Origin: a virus
Reading direction: 5' to 3' (one strand)
Virus record (IMG/VR): IMGVR_UViG_3300025012_000043
Span: 1 to 64,000 of that record
DNA length: 64,000 bases
The position numbers and the translations under genes are program-made. The notes under the pieces are model-generated. The model was not told the DNA's origin and searched no databases. It worked only from the letters and a program-made list of their open reading frames with translations. Shown here in pieces: positions 1-9,485 of the stretch (within the stretch, counting starts at the first letter, position 1; each line of letters begins with the position of its first letter).

Positions 1-474
1 ACTGACACGCCAATGGCCAGAAGTTCCATAACCAAAATAAGCAGCTTTCGGGTTTCCTGCCCCCGTCCATGTGTTCTTAACTTGAATCCCGGTAGATCTT
101 CCGTATGGAAAGCTCAGCTGTACTACACTGGGATCCGCATCTGGGTCGGCATTGACTACGATTCTATATTTCGTATCGCTCCACACCCCTGCATGGCGAG
201 AAGCGGAATCTGTTTTTATATCCACATACCTTGTCGCGTCGGTGGTCCATTCAGTGGCCCATTGACTAACAGGAGTCGTATCGGCGGTATGATTTGCATG
301 AGACGACATGCAAATGAATTCAGCGATTTCATCAGCGGTGACTAAATTTCTGGCCTCAGCCGTCATGGCCGCATTTAAAGAGGCATATGCGGCATTAGCA
401 CCAGACAGAGCCGTAGTCGTACCGTTCCCGCCAGCGGAATCGGGATCAACATACCGTGTGATGGTTGTCGCCAT
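1..474 (-). CDS. Partial (runs off window) putative virion/tail-associated protein, beta-rich, possibly beta-helix
   Basis: My translation from ATG at 474: MATTITRYVDPDSAGGNGTTTALSGANAAYASLNAAM...WTTDATRYVDIKTDSASRHAGVWSDTKYRI...; open to position 1; T/A/G-rich; not in the ORF track because it is truncated. Confidence 0.6.
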   Translation of the reverse strand, partial: MATTITRYVDPDSAGGNGTTTALSGANAAYASLNAAMTAEARNLVTADEIAEFICMSSHANHTADTTPVSQWATEWTTDATRYVDIKTDSASRHAGVWSDTKYRIVVNADPDADPSVVQLSFPYGRSTGIQVKNTWTGAGNPKAAYFGYGTSGHWRVS

Positions 475-812
475 CTACTCAGCCCCCTGCAAACTTCCAG
501 GAGTGCGAACGTAGATCATTTTGCGTCCAGAATCTATAAATCCAACTATATCTGAATTATTTTGTAATCTTCCCATAGTTTTTTGCATAGAATCCTGTAT
601 TCCTAATGCTTCTGTAACTCCAGAGTGTACGCAAGGGAACTAACGGCGTAAATTAAGGGCATATCTATTCTCCCTAGGTAGTGATATTTATGTGCTTCCG
701 ATAAATCAAGCCTATTTGATAGTACCAAACAGGAGAGAGAAAAGAGTACATCACTAACATAAATCCCATATCAGTAAGGCACAAATTATTTTCATCTCCT
801 TTCAATATTACT

Positions 813-2438
813 TTATATTTCTTTTAAAAATTCAGTAAATCTGTCTTGTGTCTTGCCCCAACATGGTACCCCAGTTTCGATTTTCCATCCTTTACAAGAT
901 CGTTGGGATCTAAACTGATCTTGACTCCACCTACTTTCAGTCAAATTCTTAGTATGTCTAATATCTACATTTGGGACTTCGGACCAATACGCTTCAGGTT
1001 TAAAATGATCCACCCCATTTGGTGGTGAATGAGTACCTGGTTCAAATCCCATCTTTCTAGAAAACCCTTCAGCTTCAACTCTTTTAACCCTTTCCTTATA
1101 ATGTTGGATTAAAAGATCTCTATATGCACAAAGTCCAGAAGTCTGTTTTGTGTAATAAAATAATGCTCTACCAGTATTACTGTCCACTTTCCATACATTC
1201 TCGTTATAGTAATAAGTATCTTTTTTAGGAGGGGTAAAGTCAAAATGGCTTGGATGATATAAAACATCATGTTCACAGAAATATATAATATCTGCAGTAC
1301 TTGCTTCTAATGCGGCCAAAATTTGTTTAAACATAGTTAAATATCCACGCTCCAAGGGGAGACAGATATTTTTCCCAAAATTGATGGGCTTTAATGAAGC
1401 GGATACGATAGGTAAACCTATCTTGTTTAATTGTTCTTGTACCTTATTGGCAATTGTTGAGTCTAAGTGATTGTCTGTATAATAAATAATACCCTTTGTA
1501 ACTCCTGCTACATTTGGGGCCTCCCAATCAGGTACTGGGGAAAATTTATTTATCAACCATTGTAATGGATATTTAGCTTTTGGCCAACGATTTTCATGCC
1601 ATAAAAATCGCGAATGTCCCCTAGCTTTCTCCACATCTTTGCCAGATAATGGGTAGGGGAAACTAAACCCACCCTGTGTCCTAAACATATGCGCGAACCA
1701 GGTTCTTTTATTAACAACCTGCCTCCCACCAGATAACCAAGATTTACATGCTAATTCGGTGCCCATTTGCCCCCATGACCCATGCCTTTCATCCATCCCA
1801 TCTATCTCCCAATACCGTTCACGTGGCATCATCCAACAAGCCCCAATAGAAGACATGACATCTGTAATCTCTCCTTGAGCCTCTGGCCTAGTCTTATATG
1901 CACCCCAATATTGAAACTTTAAATTTCTATCAAACCTAGCATAATCTGAACATCTATTCCATCGGGGTTTCCATACAACCACCATCTCAAATCCAGATTC
2001 AGCCTGGCATTTCTCACATTTTAAAGGCTCTGGGCCTTGATATATACGATTTCCACAAGCAAGGCACGACCAACTGAAAACATGAAAGTTATACATGCGT
2101 GGTATCGTTGTGGTCTTCATATCTAGTATGTTATCTAAATAAGGAGTCATTAACTTAAGATCAAAATGACGATCCACTCCACAGTGCGCATCAAGCTTCA
2201 TCACAAAGTTTGACTTAGACTCTCTCGCAGCCAAATTAGTAGCAGCACGTTGTCCTATGGATGTGTCCTTATAAATTAATCTCACTCGTGGGTCTTTGGG
2301 TATGTCTGGTATGGGGATAGTATACCCATCTAATACCGCGATAATTTCAGTATCCCCTCCAATGTTTTCAAGAATATCTTGTATTGTGCGGCCTAAAAAA
2401 ATTTCATTACGACTTGGGATAAGTATGCTTAAATTCAT
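813..2438 (-). CDS. Two-domain glycosyltransferase (N-terminal GT2/GT-A with Zn-ribbon insertion, C-terminal second GT-A-like domain)
   Basis: LSILIPSRNE start, KLDAH DxD-like motif, CLAC..CEKC insertion; C-terminal IIYYTDN...EHDVLYHPSHF resembles the neighbouring ORF 2439..3107. Confidence 0.85.
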   Translation of the reverse strand: MNLSILIPSRNEIFLGRTIQDILENIGGDTEIIAVLDGYTIPIPDIPKDPRVRLIYKDTSIGQRAATNLAARESKSNFVMKLDAHCGVDRHFDLKLMTPYLDNILDMKTTTIPRMYNFHVFSWSCLACGNRIYQGPEPLKCEKCQAESGFEMVVVWKPRWNRCSDYARFDRNLKFQYWGAYKTRPEAQGEITDVMSSIGACWMMPRERYWEIDGMDERHGSWGQMGTELACKSWLSGGRQVVNKRTWFAHMFRTQGGFSFPYPLSGKDVEKARGHSRFLWHENRWPKAKYPLQWLINKFSPVPDWEAPNVAGVTKGIIYYTDNHLDSTIANKVQEQLNKIGLPIVSASLKPINFGKNICLPLERGYLTMFKQILAALEASTADIIYFCEHDVLYHPSHFDFTPPKKDTYYYNENVWKVDSNTGRALFYYTKQTSGLCAYRDLLIQHYKERVKRVEAEGFSRKMGFEPGTHSPPNGVDHFKPEAYWSEVPNVDIRHTKNLTESRWSQDQFRSQRSCKGWKIETGVPCWGKTQDRFTEFLKEI

Positions 2439-3107
2439 TTACATATACTCCTTCCATAGTGTTTGTCCGTCGCCCCAAGGAGGTAATTCATACTTCACAA
2501 TATCTGTCTTACGTACCATCCTTCGTTTCCCCATTGATAATCTATGATTAAATGTAATAGTTGGTGCATCTAAATATACCCTTTCCATTTTTACTGATGG
2601 TATTCTTAGCGGCCCCTCATATTTCCCTGGTTCACCAAAATATTTAAGCATATTGGTGTCTGAAGATTTATATTTATCAAACTTACTCTCTAAAGTATTG
2701 ATCATCGCCTGGGTAGGCGCAATGCACATTCCAAATATGGTTCGTAGTCTCCAAAAATACCTACCATCTTGATTTAGTCCCCATCTATTGGTATCATAAT
2801 AAAACGTATCATCGCTTGGTGGTATAAATTCGAAATGACTAAAACTATACAAATAATCATCTTCTGCACAAGCCATAAACTTTGTTTTTACTTCACGTGC
2901 TCCAATAAGTACCTGTGTAAATAAACTATACAATCCTACTTCCATTTTACCAACGCATATATTATCTCTCAAATTAATTGGCTTATGCGATACACTAATA
3001 ATTCTCAATCCTTCAGTCTTCCGTAATAAATCACCACGAATACGTTCAGCAGCAACATCATTAATTTGATTTGCAGTATAATAAACTACTGTAATATCTG
3101 GATTCAT
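2439..3107 (-). CDS. GT-A-like glycosyltransferase domain protein
   Basis: ITVVYYTAN, AEDDYLY DxD-like motif; paralogous to the C-terminal half of 813..2438. Confidence 0.65.
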   Translation of the reverse strand: MNPDITVVYYTANQINDVAAERIRGDLLRKTEGLRIISVSHKPINLRDNICVGKMEVGLYSLFTQVLIGAREVKTKFMACAEDDYLYSFSHFEFIPPSDDTFYYDTNRWGLNQDGRYFWRLRTIFGMCIAPTQAMINTLESKFDKYKSSDTNMLKYFGEPGKYEGPLRIPSVKMERVYLDAPTITFNHRLSMGKRRMVRKTDIVKYELPPWGDGQTLWKEYM

Positions 3108-3844
3108 AGATCTACTACATTGATCAATTTATCTTTGTTGTCTTCATACCACTCATATGGAATATCATGAGTACCATCTGGTAAATTATGTTTTTTCTCT
3201 TTAATAAATGGTATACCCATCGATTTACAATTTTTAATATTCCTATCTTTAAAATACTTGGGACCAAGATATCTATAATGAAGCATTTTTAGTCCAATAT
3301 TTTTATATGTAATAATATTTCTAGAAGGTAAACATTGATGTCTCCCAGGAGTAAAAGTAATTTGGATCGCAGGATCAAATACCACAGTCTTAGTTGACCA
3401 CCTATCTGCCCATCCCATCTTAATTAAATCATACAACTGTCCTTTAAATTTCCAATGAGGAAATTCTGTGGAATGCATGGTATACCCAGTACATCGTATT
3501 TTTTGTATCCCTTTCTCTCTACATTCCGATAAAAACTGAACAAGATTTGGGTGATAAATGAATTCATCAGCATCCACACACATCACCCAATCAGCATATC
3601 CACGGCTAATAAGTCTATACTGAGGCCAAAGACTTTGCACATAATACATATCATTAGCACCATGATGAGTTAATCCTAAAAGAACAACTTTTGGATGCCT
3701 TGCTAACATTTCTCTGGTACCATCATCACTCTGGTCGTCCCATACAAATATTCTATCAGCAAATTGCTCATAATGACGAAGAAAATACGGCAATATCTTA
3801 ATCTCGTTCCTCATAACACTATAAACATCAATCTTGAGAGGCAT
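3104..3844 (-). CDS. Glycosyltransferase family 2-like protein
   Basis: MRNEIKILPYFLRHY, DDQSDDGT, WVMCVDADEF motifs. Confidence 0.85.
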   Translation of the reverse strand: MPLKIDVYSVMRNEIKILPYFLRHYEQFADRIFVWDDQSDDGTREMLARHPKVVLLGLTHHGANDMYYVQSLWPQYRLISRGYADWVMCVDADEFIYHPNLVQFLSECREKGIQKIRCTGYTMHSTEFPHWKFKGQLYDLIKMGWADRWSTKTVVFDPAIQITFTPGRHQCLPSRNIITYKNIGLKMLHYRYLGPKYFKDRNIKNCKSMGIPFIKEKKHNLPDGTHDIPYEWYEDNKDKLINVVDL

Positions 3845-4163
3845 GATTGATCTTTATTTCTGGGAATGTTTTTGATAAAGAATTTATCCTATTCTTAATC
3901 TCAATTCGATCCCTATTTTTATTACGTATAGCTAGGGCTCTTCTACCAACTTCCTCTAACCCTAATATGCCTTCTTTGCCTTGTCTAATATCCGACTCTA
4001 ATGTCCAAATATCTGCGTTTACTCGTAATAAATCAAATAGATCATCATTGATGGGGCATTCCTTGGCATACGCCTTCAATTCTTTCCTCACTTCTGCCCC
4101 ATTTATCCATTTTAATAATAAAATAGAAAAACGATCTTGAATATCAGATAAAAGTACCTCCAT
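3828..4163 (-). CDS. Small helical protein of a family often found in glycosyltransferase clusters (DUF6165/DUF4254-like)
   Basis: DRFSILLLK...VNADIWTLESDIR...RALAIRNKNRDRIEIKNRIN pattern. Confidence 0.5.
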   Translation of the reverse strand: MEVLLSDIQDRFSILLLKWINGAEVRKELKAYAKECPINDDLFDLLRVNADIWTLESDIRQGKEGILGLEEVGRRALAIRNKNRDRIEIKNRINSLSKTFPEIKINHASQD

Positions 4164-4843
4164 TAAATACCTCCTTGCCTAGACAGTGTAGGATTCTTGT
4201 CAAGACACGCCCTACACATCCTAGGTAGAGCTCTATAGGTACCCTCATCATACCATCTAATCCGTGCTCTCTTCTCCATCCACCTAGTATAAAGTATCTC
4301 CCAATCAGTATTACATATACTACCAATGGCCTCTTCACATCGCCAATCACCACAACATAAACACCAATTACCAAAATTATCTATTAAAATCTCCCATCCC
4401 GAGCCCCTACCACACCAACCTCGCTCCGACATTTCTGAATATAGTTTACCTTCACCTGTATTAGTTTCTATTCTGTTGTCAAGTTGTGCACCGCCTTCAT
4501 AATCACTTATTTTTACTATATCAAAGTCTGAATAATCTCCTTTTATTGAAGTAGTCAATTGAAATGGTTGAAAAGGATCTTCTATCTTTATTTGTTGCTT
4601 TAAAACTCGAATTCGTGGAAGAACTAATATAGGTTCATTATACATATGCCAAAGGATGATCCCACGGAATCCTTTAGTTCTGCACCATCTCCAAAAATCT
4701 AATATTATAGAATCAGAAATAATGATATTTGATGTAGAAAATTTATATCTTTCTGGATGCCCTATTGGGCATCTATCCGTATGCATTTTAATATTAGGAC
4801 AAACACGATTGATCTCAAAAGTAAGATACCTAATCGTATTCAT
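4163..4843 (-). CDS. Radical SAM-like protein with SPASM/twitch domain and atypical cluster motif
   Basis: FEINRVCxxxxxHxxxCP in place of CxxxCxxC; YNEP motif; C-terminal C...IDNFGNWCLCC...IGSI...CRAC. Confidence 0.65.
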   Translation of the reverse strand: MNTIRYLTFEINRVCPNIKMHTDRCPIGHPERYKFSTSNIIISDSIILDFWRWCRTKGFRGIILWHMYNEPILVLPRIRVLKQQIKIEDPFQPFQLTTSIKGDYSDFDIVKISDYEGGAQLDNRIETNTGEGKLYSEMSERGWCGRGSGWEILIDNFGNWCLCCGDWRCEEAIGSICNTDWEILYTRWMEKRARIRWYDEGTYRALPRMCRACLDKNPTLSRQGGI

Positions 4844-4845
4844 AT

Positions 4846-5511
4846 TTAATACCTATCCGGTCCTTTTACCCAAAAAAACGATCGCATTTTTTCGCGTTTT
4901 TCTCCTGGATTGACTGCATTAGTGCCTAATAAAAACCAAGGATTAATATGATATGCTTCTGTGAATGCACGCACTGCATATGTTACCTGCATCGGATCAT
5001 GCCATTTTTGCTCTGAAGAATAAGCCATCTTAATCCAATCATGTCCACTAATTATCCCACCAATACGTACCTTTTTACTCCACTCTGCTAAATCATTAAT
5101 TACATACTCAAGTCTATGATTGCCATCAATATATACAAAATCTAATGAGCCATCTTCAAAATCTTTTACTGCATCCATACTTAATTTCCTAACAATCTCT
5201 ACATTATACCCTCTAAGTCTTGTTAATGCATTATTCATTAGATTATCAACATAAGCCTGATCTAAATGTTTCCTATATACATCAAAAGAAAGCCATGGAT
5301 CAACACAATAAAGTTTTAAATTAGGATTAACTTTACATAATGTAGCTGAATATTTACCTTCTTCAACCCCGATTTCAACGCCCCTAGTAAATCCCAATTC
5401 ATTAAATACTCCTGCAAGAGTTACCCTGTCAGTATTTGGTATTTCAATCGGCAACTTCGCCTTCCATAAGTGAAGGGTATACTTTTTGACTATATATTTT
5501 AGTGTATCCAT
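4846..5511 (-). CDS. Class I SAM-dependent methyltransferase (Methyltransf_24-like)
   Basis: GVEIGVEEG, VDPW, DFVYIDGNH, GGIISGHD motifs. Confidence 0.88.
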   Translation of the reverse strand: MDTLKYIVKKYTLHLWKAKLPIEIPNTDRVTLAGVFNELGFTRGVEIGVEEGKYSATLCKVNPNLKLYCVDPWLSFDVYRKHLDQAYVDNLMNNALTRLRGYNVEIVRKLSMDAVKDFEDGSLDFVYIDGNHRLEYVINDLAEWSKKVRIGGIISGHDWIKMAYSSEQKWHDPMQVTYAVRAFTEAYHINPWFLLGTNAVNPGEKREKMRSFFWVKGPDRY

Positions 5512-6397
5512 TCAACAGCCTCCTCGATGTAGAAATCAATTTAATAACACTACGCTCAACATTGTGCTCTTGTAAAATAATCTCTCTATTAATTTTACCA
5601 TGTATGGGATCATACTTATTTATTTCATTGATTAAACTATTTACATCAAATTGATATTTACACATACTCCCACAAAAATTATGAGTACGACTTTCCCAAT
5701 ATACATCATCTATAAAATATCCATCTCCAACACCCTTATCAAAACTAATCACAGCCCTACCACAAGACATTGCCTCTAATATGGCTCGTCCAGACCCGAT
5801 AACAAGATCTACCTCATTAATATCTTTTTCTATGGAGTATGCTCTACCATAAGGTGAACCAACAGCTTTAAACTCTAGATCTAAAATCTCACAAGCTTTT
5901 TTAATAATCGCATATGTCTTCCATTTTTTCCTATTACTAATAAACAACACTTTCTTTAATTTAGTACTTATTTTACTAGTAGGACTAAATAATTCAGTAT
6001 CTACAAAATCTCGTAATATTGCTATATTTATTGGTGAGATGCCTTTAGACACTAAATTATTAAAAGTCTCTTCATTTATTGCGGTATATAATTCAACCTC
6101 TATATCTGGTGGCTGTTCACCATTTGGTTCTACGCCATGCGCTGAAAAAATCATTGGAACATCGGGAAAAGCCTCCCGCATTACATGCACACAATCTCTA
6201 TGTTGCCCAATAATAATGTCTGGCTTATCAACCTTACTAATGTCTGTATATGTGTTCATATTAACAGCTAGTTTCCCAGACTGTGGACTAAATATCTGCA
6301 CAACATGCCCACGCTTTACTAGCTCTCGATAAAGAGTAAGTGTATATGTAGGTACACCTGATAAATCTAATGTGAAACTACTTACTAAAAATTTCAT
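5444..6397 (-). CDS. GT-B fold glycosyltransferase (GT4-like)
   Basis: SGVPTY...L...GH.V N-terminus; DFVDTELFSP; DLVIGSGRAILEAMSCGRAV. Confidence 0.8.
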   Translation of the reverse strand: MKFLVSSFTLDLSGVPTYTLTLYRELVKRGHVVQIFSPQSGKLAVNMNTYTDISKVDKPDIIIGQHRDCVHVMREAFPDVPMIFSAHGVEPNGEQPPDIEVELYTAINEETFNNLVSKGISPINIAILRDFVDTELFSPTSKISTKLKKVLFISNRKKWKTYAIIKKACEILDLEFKAVGSPYGRAYSIEKDINEVDLVIGSGRAILEAMSCGRAVISFDKGVGDGYFIDDVYWESRTHNFCGSMCKYQFDVNSLINEINKYDPIHGKINREIILQEHNVERSVIKLISTSRRLLNGYTKIYSQKVYPSLMEGEVAD

Positions 6398-6873
6398 AAC
6401 GCAAACTCTCCGAACAATTCTTTGGCCCTACTATTTCGAGCTAAAATGGCTTCATCTTTCGATTTAAAATACCCAATATGTACTTTATTACATCTATACA
6501 CAATACTAGCTTGCCATACAGCGTCTCTTTTACTCCATACAATACCCTTATATCCAGATGATGAATTTGTACTTATCTTACGATTGCCTTGATTTTGCGA
6601 ATGCGTACAAATACGAAGATTAAACCGCTGATTATTTAATCCGTTACGATCACGATGGTCAGTCTCATACCCTACGGGCGTTTGCATGATCACCCTATGC
6701 ATTGCAATTGAGGTTCGCTTTCCCGATTCTAATATAATATGTGTGTATGCATAATAAGTATTTGCTCCTCTCATTGCAGACCACTTATATCGATTAAGCA
6801 TTTCAAAATCTTCATCATCAACCAACGCTACTTTACCTTGTGATAACTGGATCTCTTTCATCCCCAGCCACAT
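6394..6873 (-). CDS. HNH homing endonuclease with C-terminal AP2 domain
   Basis: ALVDDED, MHRVIM, DHRDRNGLNNQRFNLR, SGYKGI..WQASI..HIGYF. Confidence 0.9.
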   Translation of the reverse strand: MWLGMKEIQLSQGKVALVDDEDFEMLNRYKWSAMRGANTYYAYTHIILESGKRTSIAMHRVIMQTPVGYETDHRDRNGLNNQRFNLRICTHSQNQGNRKISTNSSSGYKGIVWSKRDAVWQASIVYRCNKVHIGYFKSKDEAILARNSRAKELFGEFAL

Positions 6874-7760
6874 TCTTTTCTTTTAATAGGGATTTGTTCG
6901 CGCCAATCCACTGGCCAAGTTGGTACAGGTGAGAATTTTTCAATCAACCATTCTAGATCATGGACTCTCTTGTCCCATTTATTCCCGGTCCAAAAATCTG
7001 CACTATATAATGTCCCCTCAATCATTTTACGCTGTGAAATATAATACCCACGCCCATATCGCTTACCCTTATGTAAATGTGCATACCATGTTTTCTTGTT
7101 TATTTTTACCTGGCCACCACCTAGCCATGTCTTATTACCAATTTCTTGAAATTCTTGTACGAATGTACCGTATCCCACTTCACTTAACCCACCAAGAAAA
7201 TTAGTGAAATGATTTTTAGTCATACACCAACACGAACCCTGGCTACTCATCTCATCATCAAGTAAAATATGCTGCCTAGTCCGAGCCCTCTCGTTCCAGA
7301 CAGACCCATGCATTCCTAATTCATTTGGTTTAGCCCATGGCCAACTAAGAAAATGGTAGTCTATAGGAGATTTCTTATTTGTCACATCAATAATCCAATT
7401 TTCAGCATCTAACGAACGACGTCTTGGCACTACCACCCAATTATCATCACATTCAGCTTTGAGCACTTCATCAAACCCTTCATCGAGCATACAATGTCCG
7501 TCTGCTTTTATAAGATACTTACCAGTTGCAGCAGCCGCAGCAGCATTAATACCACCACGCATACCTATAACTACATCTCCATGAAGTATAACTAAATTTG
7601 ACCGCTCTTTTAATGGTGGATCTGGCCAATACCCATCAAGGTAAACCACTACCTCAAATTCTCCTCGTGCCTTATTAAAAACATCATCAACTGTCTTAGA
7701 TAAAAATATCTCTTTATTACTAGGTATGAGAATACTTACCTTATCCATTAATCCCTCCAT
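6858..7760 (-). CDS. Glycosyltransferase family 2
   Basis: VSILIPSNKE, KADGHC; paralog of the N-terminal domain of 813..2438 (shared GSCW, GG..K.NKKTW.AH, WLIEKFSPVP.W). Confidence 0.85.
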   Translation of the reverse strand: MEGLMDKVSILIPSNKEIFLSKTVDDVFNKARGEFEVVVYLDGYWPDPPLKERSNLVILHGDVVIGMRGGINAAAAAATGKYLIKADGHCMLDEGFDEVLKAECDDNWVVVPRRRSLDAENWIIDVTNKKSPIDYHFLSWPWAKPNELGMHGSVWNERARTRQHILLDDEMSSQGSCWCMTKNHFTNFLGGLSEVGYGTFVQEFQEIGNKTWLGGGQVKINKKTWYAHLHKGKRYGRGYYISQRKMIEGTLYSADFWTGNKWDKRVHDLEWLIEKFSPVPTWPVDWREQIPIKRKECGWG

Positions 7761-8142
7761 CTATCTTGTGTGTTTTCCATATAATACATTTTTCTCTATC
7801 CACTGGCCGTTGTTCTTGGTAAAAATGTGGTTGACCAGTCGAAGTCCTTACACCCCATATAATTTTTATAATATTATTATCGACGAACCCAATACCTCTA
7901 GATATGGGTACTTCCCCACCACCAGAGAGTAATGTGCGTTGATGCGCCTGCCAATATGCTTGTGCATGTGGCTTTAATGCTATTGTTTTAGAACAAATGG
8001 TCAATCGTAGATTAGTTAAATATAGACCATTACTTCTACATAACTCCATCAATCTGAGCCACGGTGAAAGTTCATTTGGTGCCCAATATTCTACAACGGT
8101 GGTACCATCACTCAAATTTGCCAACCACGCATCTTGACTCAT
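7741..8142 (-). CDS. Hypothetical phage protein
   Basis: Co-oriented, overlaps the next gene; WLANLSDGTTV...SPWLRL..LC...LYLTNLRL. Confidence 0.7.
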   Translation of the reverse strand: MSQDAWLANLSDGTTVVEYWAPNELSPWLRLMELCRSNGLYLTNLRLTICSKTIALKPHAQAYWQAHQRTLLSGGGEVPISRGIGFVDNNIIKIIWGVRTSTGQPHFYQEQRPVDREKCIIWKTHKIDGGING

Positions 8143-8187
8143 AATTTCCCCAATTGACCATAATATGGTGTTGGTAACTATTACAAA

Positions 8188-8484
8188 TTAAACCTTGCCA
8201 AATGCTGTCGGTATGGCCTTTTTTATTGTTTTACTATTCAGCCCATATAATCTAAAAGCCTGCTCCATTGCCTTGGGACTAGCGTACATAGCCTTACCCA
8301 ATCTCTCAGGAGATAACACACTAGGCTTTGGTTTAGTCTTTTTTGCTATATTAAAAATTTTGGCGATACTTTCTGCTATACCTTCTTGGACTAAACAATT
8401 TGGGACACTCTTGCGTGTTTTGGCTAATGCAGCATGTATGCCTATAGTAAATGGAAATAACATTATATTACTCCTTGCCACCAT
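8188..8484 (-). CDS. Basic hypothetical protein, putative internal head protein
   Basis: Lys-rich; VQEG and IAES motifs; overlaps the stop of the upstream gene. Confidence 0.5.
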   Translation of the reverse strand: MVARSNIMLFPFTIGIHAALAKTRKSVPNCLVQEGIAESIAKIFNIAKKTKPKPSVLSPERLGKAMYASPKAMEQAFRLYGLNSKTIKKAIPTAFGKV

Positions 8485-9457
8485 GTTTTTCTTTCATCAT
8501 CTTCATTTTTTCCATTACACTCATATCCTTTTCATCTTTCATACCACCCTTTTTCATCTTACCATGCATAGCCTTCATATCTTTCTTTTCGTCACCAGTA
8601 TCATCTTTATCACCCTTACCATTCTTTAAAAAGTCTGGTAATCCCTTTTTCTTGTCTTTTTCTTTAGCTTTAGCTAAAGCTTCCTGCGCGGGAGTCGTTC
8701 CATCTTTCTCGGTGCCCTTACCACCATCTTTCTTGTCCTTTAGCTTAGAGAAATTAAATGGGGCAGCTTCATACACTGACTTCTTAGGCTTCTTTAGCCC
8801 CCAAGCAGTAAGACCAGCAGCGCCCAAGGTACCACCACCAACAAGTGCGGCACCATAAGGATTAGCCTTAGCAGTATTGGTAACACCCCTACCAACAGCA
8901 CCAGTATTGGCCTTTAACGCCCCAAACTTAGTTTTTCCAATACCTCTATATAACTTATTCCTGGGTCCAGCTGCCTTAGCAATATCTTTCAAATCATTGA
9001 CAACATTACCGGCCTGTTTAACTGCCTTTAATCCCTTAACTTTAGCCAAAAGCCCTGCTACAGTGCTACCAATACCTTCTTCAACATTTTCAATAGCTGA
9101 TTCAGCAACCTTCTTCTTACGTAAAGCGTTAGCAACCATGGCACTATATGTGGCCCCACCACCAACAATAGCACCTGTAGTACCAGCTTTGCCCATATTT
9201 TTCATTAGCCGCTCTAACACTTTAGTGGTCATCTTGGGATGCTGTTTTAGTGCTGTTTTTATTGAATTACCAGTTTTAGCAGTACGTGCACCTACTTTAA
9301 TGAGCGGAACAGTCGAACCAACAAGTCCACCTACAACCATACCAGCAGCAAGTTTGCCACCCAATGGGCGTTTCTTTTTGTCTTTTATATCTGCTTCCTC
9401 GATATTACCAAGTGAATTCTGCATATCTGCTTCAAAAATCCTAGTAAACTTGTCCAT
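8468..9457 (-). CDS. Lys/Gly-rich protein, putative internal head (ejected) polyprotein
   Basis: AAGGAG RBS; low-complexity K/G/A segments separated by IFEA, IEEA, VAES, VEEG, VYEA. Confidence 0.65.
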   Translation of the reverse strand: MDKFTRIFEADMQNSLGNIEEADIKDKKKRPLGGKLAAGMVVGGLVGSTVPLIKVGARTAKTGNSIKTALKQHPKMTTKVLERLMKNMGKAGTTGAIVGGGATYSAMVANALRKKKVAESAIENVEEGIGSTVAGLLAKVKGLKAVKQAGNVVNDLKDIAKAAGPRNKLYRGIGKTKFGALKANTGAVGRGVTNTAKANPYGAALVGGGTLGAAGLTAWGLKKPKKSVYEAAPFNFSKLKDKKDGGKGTEKDGTTPAQEALAKAKEKDKKKGLPDFLKNGKGDKDDTGDEKKDMKAMHGKMKKGGMKDEKDMSVMEKMKMMKEKHGGKE

Positions 9458-9485
9458 TTCTTATTTCTCCTTTTTAGTTAATGCT

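Noticed and set aside
475-660. TAG stop-codon reassignment or readthrough
   Set aside because: TAG cleanly terminates the portal, capsid and dnaE genes, and coding density is already high under the standard code
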